DNA of 64,000 bases. Source: Octopus sinensis (lineage: Eukaryota). Shown one piece after another: positions 11,108-23,228 of the stretch. Position numbers and translations under genes: made by a program. A model generated the notes under the pieces. That model ran no database searches. It saw only the letters and a list, made by a program, of their open reading frames with translations, and was not told the DNA's origin. Each line of letters begins with the position of its first letter. Positions within the stretch are counted from its first letter, which is position 1. The stretch lies in NCBI RefSeq assembly GCF_006345805.1, contig NC_043004.1, positions 92,504,001-92,568,000 on the forward strand, in the 5' to 3' direction.

Positions 11108-12397
11108 TTTCTACATACTTTATACATATATTAATATAAGGGGTAAAAAATTAACATACATACACGCGCACACTCACGCACAGATAACGCATATGCTTGT
11201 GAATGTGTGGTGTGATAAAATAAAGACTTTTTTCAGTTATTTCCTATGGAGTATAAAATAAAACCAATCGTATTTCAAAAGACTTGAAACGGAGAACAAA
11301 GTGCTATGGATTGAGAATCTGGAATATATTAATAAAATCTTTGATCGATGGGGGAATTTAAGACGTCATTGAAGAGATAAATCTATATACAATAGCTGCT
11401 AGCAGAACGTAGAGAAATGTTGGAGAAAATAATAAAAAATAATAAGCACCAGCAGAAGAAAAAATCCTCAGCAAAGCATAAATAAGTGTATGAAGCAGAT
11501 GAAAACAAAATATCACAACATAAACTATACAATAAATATTAAGGCATAAACATAGAGCAAAAGAGACACAAATAAGCCAAAACATAAGATAACTTAGACG
11601 AAGCAGCAAATATTAAGGTATAAATATAAAAATGTTAAAGACAGCTAAAAAGCAGAATATAAAACATAACAGCATTCAAACTAAACAATAAATATTACGT
11701 CATAAACATTAAGATAACGTTATTTCAATGAATAACTTTTGAAATCCAGAAATATGAATAAATATTCATTTTCTAAGACAAAATACTTTATGAAAATGAG
11801 AAGAAAAATTAGAAAATAAACGCAAACAAACAAGCAGAGAAGGGATTGAATAATTATTAAAATTATTGAATAGCAGGAATTATAAAGTAGTATTCTGTTT
11901 GACCTGAAAGAAATAGTCCATTATCTTACCTTAATTAACACCTACACACAGATCCACTCACGCACATACCCGTGTGTGTGTGTGTGTGTGTATGTGTGTG
12001 TATTACGAACATAGGAAAAGAAAGCTCACTGACTTTGGGAGAGCAAATATTTAACATATATAGTAATAATTCCAGCTCGCAGTATTCTGATAGTCAGAGT
12101 TTCATCTGCCTGTCTTTAGATTACTTCCAACCAAAGGTTGGCTACTTGAACGGATACATATAGCTCATCGGTTTAAATCTGCGTGGATCATCATTTGGCT
12201 GATTTCCAGTTTGTCTATGCGTTCAACAATCTACAGATTTCCTAATTTAAGTGTACATTTAATATAACTCGATAGTTTGGTTCAGCACTTTTTCTCATGT
12301 CGATACTTTGTGTATCAACCGTATTTATGGTTACAAAAAAAAAACTAGAATTAATTGTTGAAATCTGGAGATGGCTGGAGATAGTTTTATACCAATA

Positions 12398-12787
12398 CTA
12401 GCAGTATCGTCCGGCGTTGCTCGGGTTTGTTTCGACCCTTTAGAATTAGAATTTTTGAAAAGTAAAACTTTTGCATTATGTAGCTTGTTATTCTCTTTAA
12501 GTGAACATTTTCTGGTTGAAATACACCGAAAAATGGCGACACAGCAGTCAAAAAATCGTAAAGAATAGGGATTTTCATAGAAAAAAAGCACCTTTTTATG
12601 TAAATAATTTTTGGTCTTAACATGGTCCGATTTGAATTTTATCTTCTACGGAATGAAGAGCAAGCCTTCTTCTATCATATTCTCAATTTTGGTCAACTTG
12701 CCCTGTAGGGTCTCGGAGGAGATAGTGTTAGTTGAAGGCTACCAAACCTGCCACACACAGACAATTTCAGCTTTATATATATATAGA
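12398..12787 (-). mobile_element. Non-autonomous Helitron, 390 bp
   Basis: Minus strand A|TCTATATATATATAAAGCTGAA ... CCCGAGCAACGCCGGACGATACTG-CTAG|T; AT target, GC hairpin, CTAG end. Confidence 0.9.
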
Positions 12788-12829
12788 TTTATGCAAGACT
12801 CATGAAGTTGTATGGATTATATGCATGTT

Positions 12830-13440
12830 GGTCATCGATGCATGTTGAGGATTAATTTTATTGGTGCAGAGAGCTTAAGATTGCAGAAGATTTACTTTCT
12901 ACACTGTTGGTATATGTAATGGCTAAGTGTGAGAGTTGTAAGTGTGAAGTCATTGAGGAAAATGAATTATGAGAGGGATGAATTAAAATACATGCCTTCG
13001 ATATAGAAACAATTGTTGTCGGGGATCGGAGAGTGTGAAAAGAAGCAAACGACTTTAAAGAGTTTTGTTGGGGATTTTGTTGTTGATGCCCAACACTATA
13101 TTTGTGTATGAAGTTTGAGTACTGAATGTAACCCGGACAACAGAGATTGACTATAGATAAAGGCTGTGGGATTTCTGTTAAGGATATAGGATGTGTTTAC
13201 GTGTTAGTAATCGTTGATATGTGGATCCTCGATGGGATAGGAGTCCATATCTATTAGAGATGACAAGGTTAAGTGGTTTTGCTATAGCATTTTAGGCCAT
13301 TTTGAGACGTATAAAGCGTGTCGGTTGCCTCTTAAAAACCCGTTCTCGATATCTTGTTCTGGATACTTGCAATAGAGATTTCTTTAAATCAACCATGGAC
13401 TAGGAGCTGGTATTAACTCAGGTGGTAGGATTTTGATTAT
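12830..13440 (-). mobile_element. Possible highly decayed Penelope-like RT fragment
   Basis: Only scattered weak motif similarity (LIDMDSYPIE, CIDD) with many stops. Confidence 0.25.
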
Positions 13441-13444
13441 CAAC

Positions 13445-13645
13445 CCCCAAAATTGTTTCTATTGTAGGCAGAAGGTAGAAAGGGCTAGTTGATTACATCA
13501 ACCCCAGCCCTCACCTGATACTCGTTTTATCGGCAGCAAAAGTAAAGTCGACTTCGGCAGAATTTGAATTCAGAACATAGAGTCCGAAGAAATGCTCCTC
13601 AAGTATTTTATCTGGCATGCTAATGATTCTACCAGCTTGCCTGCC
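13445..13645 (-). mobile_element. SINE group A copy (diverged)
   Basis: GTTGATTACATCAACCCCAG..AAAGTCGACTTCGGCAGAATTTGAATTCAGAAC..TGCTAATGATTCTACCAGCTTGCC. Confidence 0.8.
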
Positions 13646-13879
13646 GGCTTATAGAACGATGATAACGATACCAATCAATGACAGATAAGGTAATAGGTGA
13701 TGACGTTATCCCAATGATAATTTGAATTCGTAATATCTTCAACTGAACGATAAATGAATCATCAAGTCTGTCGTCTACTTGTAATTTATTACATATTATG
13801 TACCTTTTCATATTTCTAAATTATCTCTAGCACTACTGAGATTTCTGAAATTATTAAATATATGATAGCTTTGATCATA

Positions 13880-14240
13880 AAAAGTAACGCTAGATTTTCA
13901 AAGGATGCACAATAACCTAATAGACCATGCTATTAACATTTCATAGTTGTAAATTCTCTGTTTGTTGTTCGTTTAGAAATTGAATAGAAATGTTTATTGG
14001 TATACTGGTTACAATATGGATACCATATATGTCCACTACATAATCAGTGATACAGAATTTAACAGATCATGTGAGGGACACAGTTCACGATTTTTCATGT
14101 CCTAATTCACACAGAACTAGCGGCTATACATAGAAACAAACATCTAAATATCTTAACATCATGCAAACATCAACTCGGGTGTGCCCCAGGGTTCGGTTAT
14201 GACCCTAAACTTCTCTGACGCATATGGCGTCATTTCTCTT
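13880..14240 (+). mobile_element. Decayed CR1/L2/Jockey-group LINE RT fragment
   Basis: SGVPQGSV motif at about 14176-14200 (TCGGGTGTGCCCCAGGGTTCGGTT); weak LDF motif at about 13895. Confidence 0.45.
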
Positions 14241-14701
14241 TAACATTATCCAACCATGAATTCTCGTCACATGATCTCAGAGACCTCACCCAACCAATAC
14301 TAACTCCACGAATAAAGACTACGAAATTATCCTCCGATTGGGATATACAGGTTTTGACTCTTTCAACAGACGCTATTCGTAATAAGAAAGATTCGTTTCG
14401 CTAAACTCCATCATAATCAAGAGTAACACTAATCTGGATTTAGAACTGAAACAAACACCATAAAAATAGGACTCTGTGAACGAGTATAAGGTATGCATGC
14501 AAATAAGTATCCAAAACCCCAGGACATAGCATACGTTTAACATAGTGAAAATACCACCACTTGGAATTGCACACTTATTACCTAGAGCTTTTCTGATACA
14601 GAAAAGAACAAAAATATATCACAACAAAACATTACAGACCCAAAACGTACATAGACGCGCTTAGAATTGCATCGAAAGAACGATTACTAAAAATTATCAT
14701 T

Positions 14702-14703
14702 AT

Positions 14704-14763
<60 letters not shown>
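14702..14763. repeat. (ATC)n followed by a (CAG)n trinucleotide run
   Basis: Direct reading; not inside a supported coding exon. Confidence 0.95.
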
Positions 14764-14784
14764 CTTAATGGTGATAATAATAAT

Positions 14785-15332
14785 GGTTTCAAATTGTGGC
14801 ACAAGGCCAGCAATTTCGGAGGAAGAGATAAGTCGATAACATCGACCCCACTGTTCAACTGATACTTATTTTGTCAACCCCGATTTAATTTTTTTCTACT
14901 ATAGACACGAGGCCTGAAACTTAGTGGAAGAGGGATAATTGATTATATCGACCCCAGGGCTCCACAGGTACTTATTTTATCAACCACGAAAAGATGAAAG
15001 GCAAAGTTGACCTCAGAGGATTTTCAGCCCAGAACATAAAGACAGACAAAATGCGCCATGCATTATGTCCGGCGTGCTAACGATTCTGCCAGCAAACCAA
15101 CTTGATAATAATAATGATAATAATCCTTTTTACTATAGTTACAAGGCCTGAAATTTGGGGGATGGGACTAGTCGATAATATCGATCCCAGTGTTTAATTG
15201 GTACATAATTTATCGACCCCGAAAGGATGAAAGCCAAAGTCGACCTCGACGGAATTTGAACTCGAAACGTGAAGACAGACAAAATACCGATAAGCATCTT
15301 GCCCGGTGTGCTAACGATCCTGTCAGCTCACA
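14785..15332 (-). mobile_element. Three tandem same-orientation SINE group A copies
   Basis: Copies at about 14785-14882 (tail only), 14893-15100 and 15125-15332. Confidence 0.85.
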
Positions 15333-15414
15333 CTTTAACAATAATAATTAATAATAATAATAATAATAATGATAATAATAATAATAATACTAATAATGAT
15401 GATGATAATACTAA

Positions 15415-15445
15415 CTAGCAGAGATACCCGGCCGTGCTCGGGATT
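15415..15445 (-). mobile_element. Helitron 3' terminus stub
   Basis: Minus strand CCCGAGCACGGCCGGG-TATCTCTG-CTAG|T; truncated by an adjacent SINE B. Confidence 0.7.
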
Positions 15446-15469
15446 AAAATGGCATAGATTTTTATTGTC

Positions 15470-15735
15470 TTACTTGTTTCAGGCCATGCTGGAGCACCGC
15501 TGTTGGTCGAAGAAATCAACTACAGGATTTATTCTTTGTAAGCCTAATACTCATTCTGTCAGTCTCTTTAACCAAACCGCTAAGTTACGGGAATGTAAAC
15601 ACAGCAACATCAGTTGTCAAGTAATGGTGGGGTTCAAACACAAGACATGCACACACACATATATACGACAGTCTTCTTTCAGTTTCCGAGTATGAAATCC
15701 ACTCATAAGGTCTTGGTCGGCCTGAGGCTATAATA
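15470..15735 (-). mobile_element. SINE group B copy (5'-truncated)
   Basis: TACTTGTTTCAG..GGCCATGCTGGAGCACCG..AACCGCTAAGTTACGG..TCTTTCAGTTTCCG..CCACTCA, shared with 40093-40516. Confidence 0.85.
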
Positions 15736-15736
15736 A

Positions 15737-15771
<35 letters not shown>

Positions 15772-15774
<3 letters not shown>

Positions 15775-16658
15775 GCTGAAATACCCTGTGATTCCCGGGA
15801 AAGCGGGCTTATCCCTTAGTTCCGTTCTCATAACTGTTTCGCTAATCCAGTAACAACAATACAAAGTATGTAGCCATTACAACGGTTTTTGTGTATTTAT
15901 TGAGAATACCGAACTTCTTACAATTGATCATGTGTTTAGGAATTCCCAATAAGTTATGAATACCCAAATTGTGAAGTCAGTTATGTAATAACATGAAATT
16001 AATTACCCTATAGTAAGAATTCAAATAAAGTAGCCCCGAAAAGGGCTTTAATACGTACCCAAAGTATATAGATTTTAGGAGGAAATACTAATATGCTATG
16101 TATACTAAAATCGTGAAAAATCTTACGTAATAACGGGCTAATCAGGTATGAGATAACAATTCAAAGTAATTAACTGTGAAAAAAAGCTTTTGTGCGTTCC
16201 TAGATAATATTACCCTCAGCAGCGCTTGTGTTGGTATATTCGGGAATAAGTCACTAACCGATATAAGTGGATCTATTGTTTAGAAGAATACTATTTACTT
16301 GTGTAAGCGTTGTATTGGATAAATTGAGAAAATAACTAAAATAGTTCAAATACTAAGAGATAATCATACTGAAAATGAATAGGTTATTTAGCTTGGTGGT
16401 TATTTCTAGCAGGGAATGGGTTATTTCCCTTGGAAGATTAAAAAGTTTACTCCCACCGTTCACTCACGCCCAAATGTTATTCTTCCCGGTGTTTACCCAA
16501 ACATTTTTTCGAAATTAATTTATACTTAAAACCGCCCCAAACATATAAGCAATGTGTGTGTGAAGTTTTAAAAAATCAGTCAAGCCGTTTTAGCGCAAAA
16601 CGAGGACATACCGCTACACATACACACACACAGATATTTTCAGTTTTAATATGTAAGA
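15772..16658 (-). mobile_element. Non-autonomous Helitron (DINE/HINE-like 5' core), ~890 bp
   Basis: Minus-strand 5' end A|TCTTACATATTAAAACTGAAAATATCTGTGTGTG..GACTGATTTTTTAAAACTT; degenerate 3' end CCCGGGAATCACAGGG-TATTTCAG-CTAC|T. Confidence 0.75.
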
Positions 16659-16745
16659 TAATAATAATATTTGCTTCAAGTTTTGGCTCAAGGCCAGCAT
16701 GAAGAAGAAAAAGAAGAAGAAGAAGAAGAAGAAGTAGTAGTAGTG

Positions 16746-16784
<39 letters not shown>

Positions 16785-16814
16785 TAGTAGTAGTAGTAAT
16801 AGGAGGAGGAGGAG

Positions 16815-16990
16815 GAGGAGTATCAAAAATCCGAGGGCTTATGAATAAAGAAGAAAATATTAATGCTAAGAACCTCACACATCTTACGTAGAGCACATTC
16901 AATGCAGTAAAAATGGCAACACCGAAACAAACCGCAACACAAACTCTAGGCACACAGAGCAGCGCTCGGCAATGCAGTAAAAGCACGCAA
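16815..16990 (+). mobile_element. 3' tip of an R4/Dong-type RLE LINE
   Basis: Translation MLRTSHILRRAHSMQ* resembles VLMRTAHILRKILSM* at the end of the 55275-56080 element. Confidence 0.45.
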
Positions 16991-17325
16991 TAAAATTAAG
17001 GCTACTGAATGATGATGCAGATGTTGATGATGATGATGATGATGACGACGACGAACTTATAATTACATGCCAACAATCCAAGAGTTGAAGAGTTGTTAGG
17101 TCAATGACATGAGCGAATTCATAACGATTGGTTTCTAACGAGGAATTCAATTGTTAATTATTCCATCAGAGCCGCATTTCGTGAAGTCCTTCCAGCATGA
17201 GTATCGATAGCAGTGTCACTCACATACGGTAGCAGTCCACATGTTTTCAAAAGGCAAAAATAATGAAACATAGTAAAGAATGTTGAGCATAAATGGATTA
17301 CATACACACACACTCACGTACGCAC

Positions 17326-17368
<43 letters not shown>

Positions 17369-17419
17369 ACATATGCATACACATATATACATGCATCTTT
17401 CACAAATCATCTCTTCACA

Positions 17420-18050
17420 TAATAATAAGTTGATAAATACAAAACCACTTAATGAAGATACTAACATTAATTTTGTTAACACTAACCATTCTTTAAATAA
17501 TTATACCAGCGGGATTATTGTTTCTGAAGTCAACTCCAATCGCAGTAATTCTAAGACTAGAAACTTTATTTATCAATGTAAAATTACTTCCGGTTTTGAC
17601 ACCTCTTTTTATGTAGGTAGTTCTTCATCTGAGTGGTCCAAAAGAATGTCTAATCATTACTCTACATTTAGACATATCAATAAACGTAACAATACTGGGA
17701 TTAGTAAATTAATCTGGTATCTAAAAGATCATAATAAACAATATAATTTGGAATGGAATATTCTCTTTATTTCGCTACCGTATAACAAAGGTAAATCTTT
17801 TTGGTCGCTTTGTAATAGTAAAATGTTTTTTTATCCTATTCTCAAAGAATCTCCTCTGCGTTGATAAAGAGCAATAACTGGACAGAATCTAGTCTACAGA
17901 TGTTGTTTTGTGCTTGATGGGAATGCTGAGCTCCCTGTTCGAAAATATAAGAACACAGATAGTGTGACGTATAGACATACGTCACACTCCGAGAAACGAT
18001 GTTTCTCGGAGCTAAAAGATCAGTGACATGGGCTCTTTCGGGACAGCCAC
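17420..18050 (+). mobile_element. Penelope-like GIY-YIG endonuclease relic and 3' region
   Basis: NFIYQCKITS..FYVGSSSSEWSKRMSNHYSTFRH..NNTGISKLIWYLKDHNKQYNLEWNIL..PYNKG..LC matches the PLE EN C-terminus. Confidence 0.85.
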
Positions 18051-18101
18051 ATTATGTTGGCAAATAGTCTTTACTTTATATATATATATATATTATATAT
18101 A

Positions 18102-18134
<33 letters not shown>

Positions 18135-19651
18135 ATTTGTTGCCCAATAATTTTCCTGGATCAGAAAAATGGAACAGGTATTCGTATATTTCGGAACGAT
18201 TTCAAGCTGTCAAGTTTTCAGGAATGGACAGATGAATTGGCAATCATAGGCCGTGACTGTTGTATGGAAAGCTATGGGTGATGGAACACAGTCAAAGGAA
18301 GCAGATAAACCGGACAAAAGGAACGAGTCTGGCCCATCAGAGTTGTGTTCCTTTGGTTCCTCTCTATCTTTTTTAACCAGCATTTCAGCAAAATACCGCC
18401 CCCATCCAGGTGTATGTGGTGTTTGACAGTGTTAACAGAAGGATAGGATAAGGTCGAGTGGGTGACATGAGTATAAAGAGAGAGAGGAGGAATAGGATAG
18501 AGTTGGAAGAGTGAGATGGGAGATAGGTGAAGAGGGATTTAGAATCATGTATGGTCGCGTATAGACTTGTTTGGGTATAAGGGTTTATATTTAAGCACTT
18601 GGTGTTTGGAGAATATTAACTCCTCATTTACGGTGAGAGGATCACTAATGGAGGAGGAGCTAACCCTTATACATTCTACCAACTAACATGTATAAATTTC
18701 CGCTCATGAGGACAAGTGGAAAACATTTTACTCTTAATGTTCATGTAGAAACCTAAGCGGAGGGGTTCTTTTCATGCACCTCCTACTATTTTTGAGGTTA
18801 GGTCTTCCAACTGTCTCCACTTGATGTTGCATTGTGTTATATTGTGAACCATTTGGTTTCAATATCCACACATAAATCTCTGCACAATATAAACGTAAGA
18901 GGCCCAACGCAATTCTTTGGATCAGAGAAGAAAATTACCTGGCAGGTGCGAACGTTTTATTAAAAATGAACGTGTTAGAGCTGATCTGTAGACAACTGCC
19001 TCGAAGCATACACCTTTTCCGCCTGTATTACAAATTTATAAATATTAGTTCACACGTTTATGTGACTAACATGTCTAACTGGTAAGAACAAATAGTTTGG
19101 TTTTCCAAGCAAAGAATGCAATCGACGAATAGACAGTTTGTAAATAGAAATTGTAAATGGAAGAGTAAAAACATTCAAGACCTTTCTAACATTCAGTATT
19201 TTATCTCTTCACCATTGCTTAAATGGGATTTCCCGGAATATGGAGTTTAGTTCTTACTTAGAAACAAACTGCTTCTTCATAAGATTTTAAGGGATTTAAA
19301 AGAAAGGAAAAAATATACGCAGCGCTAACATGAGGCACATAGTCACGTGTTTGATGCTGTTATAAAAAAGCTTGAGTATATATTTATCAACGTTAGTGTT
19401 TCCATTACAACCGAACAAGCAGGTGGGATATCGATGAATAATTGCGTCACATAACTGGAACAAATAGCAAACAGTCAGCGTCGTCAATAGCAGCTCGAGC
19501 TTAGTAATTGTGATCTTCATTTATTTGTCCGGACGTGATCTTCCAGAAATAGTAACCTCTTCTCTTCATTTCCATTCTACCGATTCATTTGTACGCTTAT
19601 ATATAAGTTTTGTGAGCGTACGCAAGTTTGTGTGTATGTCTGTGTCTGTGT

Positions 19652-19690
<39 letters not shown>

Positions 19691-20050
19691 AAGAGCGAGA
19701 GAGAGATGTGTGCGAGCATATTCAAGCTAATATTTGCTGACATCATTTGAGACAAATCTTCCAGAAATATCTTCCGCCATTTTTCTCAGTTATGTTGCTG
19801 CTTTGTATATTCGTGATTGATATATGTATATGGGCATGTTAGCATCTATATTTGGAACAATAGATCTTGCAGCACACAAAGTAATATCATGTAAATAGTG
19901 GTTCATAAACCCTTTCGGTTAGAATATTTGCATGCTATTATTTACTGATTTGTGTGCTACGAGATACACTGTTCCAAAGAATTTTTTCACGTTTATGATA
20001 AATATGTGTGTGTGCAAATACAAACACAAACACAAACACACACACACACA

Positions 20051-20092
<42 letters not shown>

Positions 20093-20448
20093 CACACACA
20101 TACACACGCACACATATATCAGAAAAGAAGCACACTCTAAAGAATAGAGCAGTAATTGTTACAGAATACATACTTACAAAAACCTTTTATCTTGGACATA
20201 GAGTTGCCTAAGATTGTGTACCCACAAAGCCAAAGCCTTGTGGAAAGCTTTTTATACTCTATACAAAAACAAAAATTTGAATTTTCTACGTCGGGGAAAC
20301 GCTACGTGAGGAAACGCTCAGAAAGCGAGAAATATAGCTTACCAAAACAAAACAAAAAACTTTAATGAGGACATGTTGTCTCCCCTGAACTAGAGGATAT
20401 AAACAATCCATATAGACCCGAAAAATCCTAACCAGCAAACGAGGTGAT

Positions 20449-21210
20449 CTAATTTCCCAGTTGGTAGCGCTTGAAGTGGACACATTTAGAAAACGATTCT
20501 TTACAATTATTTAACACGCCAGGTTTCGTATAGTCCTTAAGAATTTTGCTGTCTCTGCGATCCAAATTTTCCAACGGCCACTTCCGTTAATATATGGGCC
20601 TGGATGATCAATTCTTTTCCACATGATATCACACGGGCGCCCTTGGTCTTTGAGGTGCCACACATGACGGGCCAGGGACATGACAAACCATCTTTCTGGG
20701 ACTCTGAAGGATGACTGGTGGTTAAGAAAACGTCGTTTGAAAGATGTACTGGCAGATCCAATATATTTACAAACATGGGGCGTGGCCATATTCGCACCCT
20801 TGGTAACATACGCTGCGGGGACGGTCATCATCTGTGGTGGTGGCACTGGGACTGCCGGATACCTTCTCCATGTCGCTGGTCTTTGATTGGTCATCATCTC
20901 TAGGTGTGGCGATTGTACGGGTGGTAATATATGTTGTGTATCTGGTCACTCTGTGTGTGTCTATGACAATGGTTTGTTCATTATTTGTGGCGGTGGTACT
21001 GGGGTCATTGCTTACGCCCTCTGTGATGCTAGACCCGGACTGGTTATTGACTCTAGGCGTGGCGATTGCACTGGCATGAGATCTGGTTAATCTGCTAATA
21101 TTGCTGTTGGATGGTACATTACTGGTACTTCGGATAGCAAGTCCAAGTATCATTGTAGCTTCATAAACAACCCCTTCAGCCTCGCATCGGCCTCCTACTG
21201 GACAGTTATT
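20449..21210 (-). mobile_element. Penelope-like GIY-YIG endonuclease relic with a ~360-bp low-complexity insert
   Basis: NCPVGGRCEAEGVVYEAT [insert] KYIGSASTSFKRRFLNHQSSFR..SLARHVWHLKDQG..W..PY.., ending VLNNCKESFSKCVHFKRYQLGN*. Confidence 0.88.
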
Positions 21211-21309
21211 ATATACCCTGAACATGCACACACGCACACACACATACGCGCGCATACACACATACAAACACACAAACACATATTTATTAATGTATAGTGG
21301 GGTGGATAT

Positions 21310-21450
21310 CTAACTGACATCAGATCATGGAGAGTTCAATATGTGACATTAGATGATACTGAGATGAACATGTGACATCGGATGACGCAGAGATTAACAT
21401 GTAACGTCAGATGAAGGAAAGTTTAGCACATGACATTACATGTAATATTT
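21310..21450 (+). repeat. Degenerate ~29-bp minisatellite
   Basis: Units such as ACATTAGATGATACTGAGATGAACATGTG and ACATCGGATGACGCAGAGATTAACATGTA. Confidence 0.75.
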
Positions 21451-21505
21451 CGATTTGAGAATGGCTGAGTATTTTCATAGAACATACTTCATTCTTCCCA
21501 CTGAC

Positions 21506-22420
21506 ATAGTCATCCTCATCATCATCATCATCATCATTATCATCATTATTAAGTTCCCTTACCTGATGTAGTCAGTCGGGTGGATCTCACCCTAGAGCCT
21601 TTTGCTGTCAGCCGTCGCCGCTGGCCGCTGCTCTCTGTCCTGCGCAACAGTGTAACGGTGTTGTGACCTGTCCAGTCCTTAATATTCTCTCTGCCTCTCT
21701 TTTGCCCTTTTTCAGCTGTACTTTGGAGAATGGTTTGGGATTAGATGCTGTGGTGAGATGCATGGCCTTATAAGGCAAGCTTTCGTCTTGTTACCTATTT
21801 CTTTATTACCCACAAGGGGCTAAACATAGAGGAGACAAACAAGGACAGACATAGGTATTAAGTCGATTATATCGACCTCAGTGCGTAACTGGTACTTAAT
21901 TTATCGACCTCGAAAGGATAAAAGGCAAAGTCGACCTTGGCGGAATTTGAACTCACAGCGTAACGGCAGACGAAATACAGCTAAGCATTTCGCCCGGCGT
22001 GCTAACGATTCTGCCAGCTCGCCGCCTTTTGTCTTGTTACCTGCGCAAAGGAGTGGTTTCTATGGGCTAGCATATTTGTTGATTTGCTGCCTGGGGCAAA
22101 GCCGTTCTTTTTGTGTTATGTGTATGGGATGTATAGTAGCGTTCTGAAGCACATTTGCTCAAATGCGTGGTTTCTTCGCTCCATGTCAGCTGTGAGAGTA
22201 CATCTCTCACATCTATACAGAAGGATGGAAGTCACCATAGACTTGTACATTTTGAGTCTCGTCGGATAACCCATGGATTTGCTTTTCCATATGCTATTCA
22301 GCTTCGTCTTGGCACCAGAATCTCCTCGTAATATCTTTTTAATCTCTGCTGTTCTTAGCCATAATAGACGCACAGTCATAACATAGACACTAACATAGTA
22401 CTGGCAGTTACGTGTGATAT
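21506..22420 (-). mobile_element. RTE-clade LINE 3' fragment with (ATG)n tail, interrupted by a SINE
   Basis: KLNSIWKSKSMGYPTRLKMYKSMVTSILLYRCERCTLT..ERRNHAFEQMCFRTLL; after removing the SINE: AQVTRRKLAL*GHASHH..QTILQ..RGRENIKDWTG. Confidence 0.9.
21797..22030 (-). mobile_element. Full-length SINE group A copy with 12-bp TSD
   Basis: TSD GTCTTGTTACCT at 21785-21796 and 22031-22042. Confidence 0.95.
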
Positions 22421-22629
22421 TCAATATCTCTTTTATACCTAGTTATGTACAGAACATCACAAACCTAATGGTTTGGACGCAGTATCGGATTCAGCACGAA
22501 AACTAAGCAGTCAGTATTGTAAAGTGCAGATAAACACGGAGAAAAATAGAAAGAGAGACAGTAAGAGCAAGAGAGAATTTTTCTGTGCAATATAAGTTGT
22601 TGAGTATATACACCAGGTTTCATATCACA

Positions 22630-23191
22630 GCATGCGAATTTCCACGTCATCTACTGTTACTTATTCATCTCTGTATTATTTAGCATGATCTGCTAAACGC
22701 CACGTCATATTATGCCATATTTAACGTTCTAGGTTTTTTCTATATCTTACATGTTAACTTATATATTCATGTTATCTTTATATATAAAGGTGAAGTTGTG
22801 TGAGTGTCTGTCTCCTACGATTTAGATTCCTAACTACTCCCACATTTTGCGGTGCAGTTTAACCAAAACCGGGTATCTTATAGTCGTGATTCATATCGAG
22901 CCCTTCTGGGTATTAGCGCGCGTCTACGATGAGTCTACGAGTTAAAAAAAAATTTACCATCATTTTTTCCATTTTAATGCATTTTTTCGCTATTATATAA
23001 GGGAAGTAACTCTCTAAAAATGTCTACGATAAGTCAACGATTTTTAAAAAAAATTTACCATCATTTTTTCCATTTTTAATGCATTTTTTGCTATTTTTTG
23101 GCTATAACTCTCTAAAAATGCTTATATAGTTATTTCCCTTACAAACTCGAACAACGCCGGGTGATACTGCTAGTTATATATATATTCATGT

Positions 23192-23228
<37 letters not shown>

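Noticed and set aside
11340-11900. A-rich region with a recurring AAATATTAAGG.ATAAA motif and a hydrophobic minus-strand ORF
   Set aside because: Irregular spacing (74 and 82 bp), no domain similarity; treated as low-complexity sequence
14711-14763. (CAG)n as a polyglutamine exon
   Set aside because: Flanked by ATC/AAT repeats, stops and SINEs, with no splice signals or extended ORF
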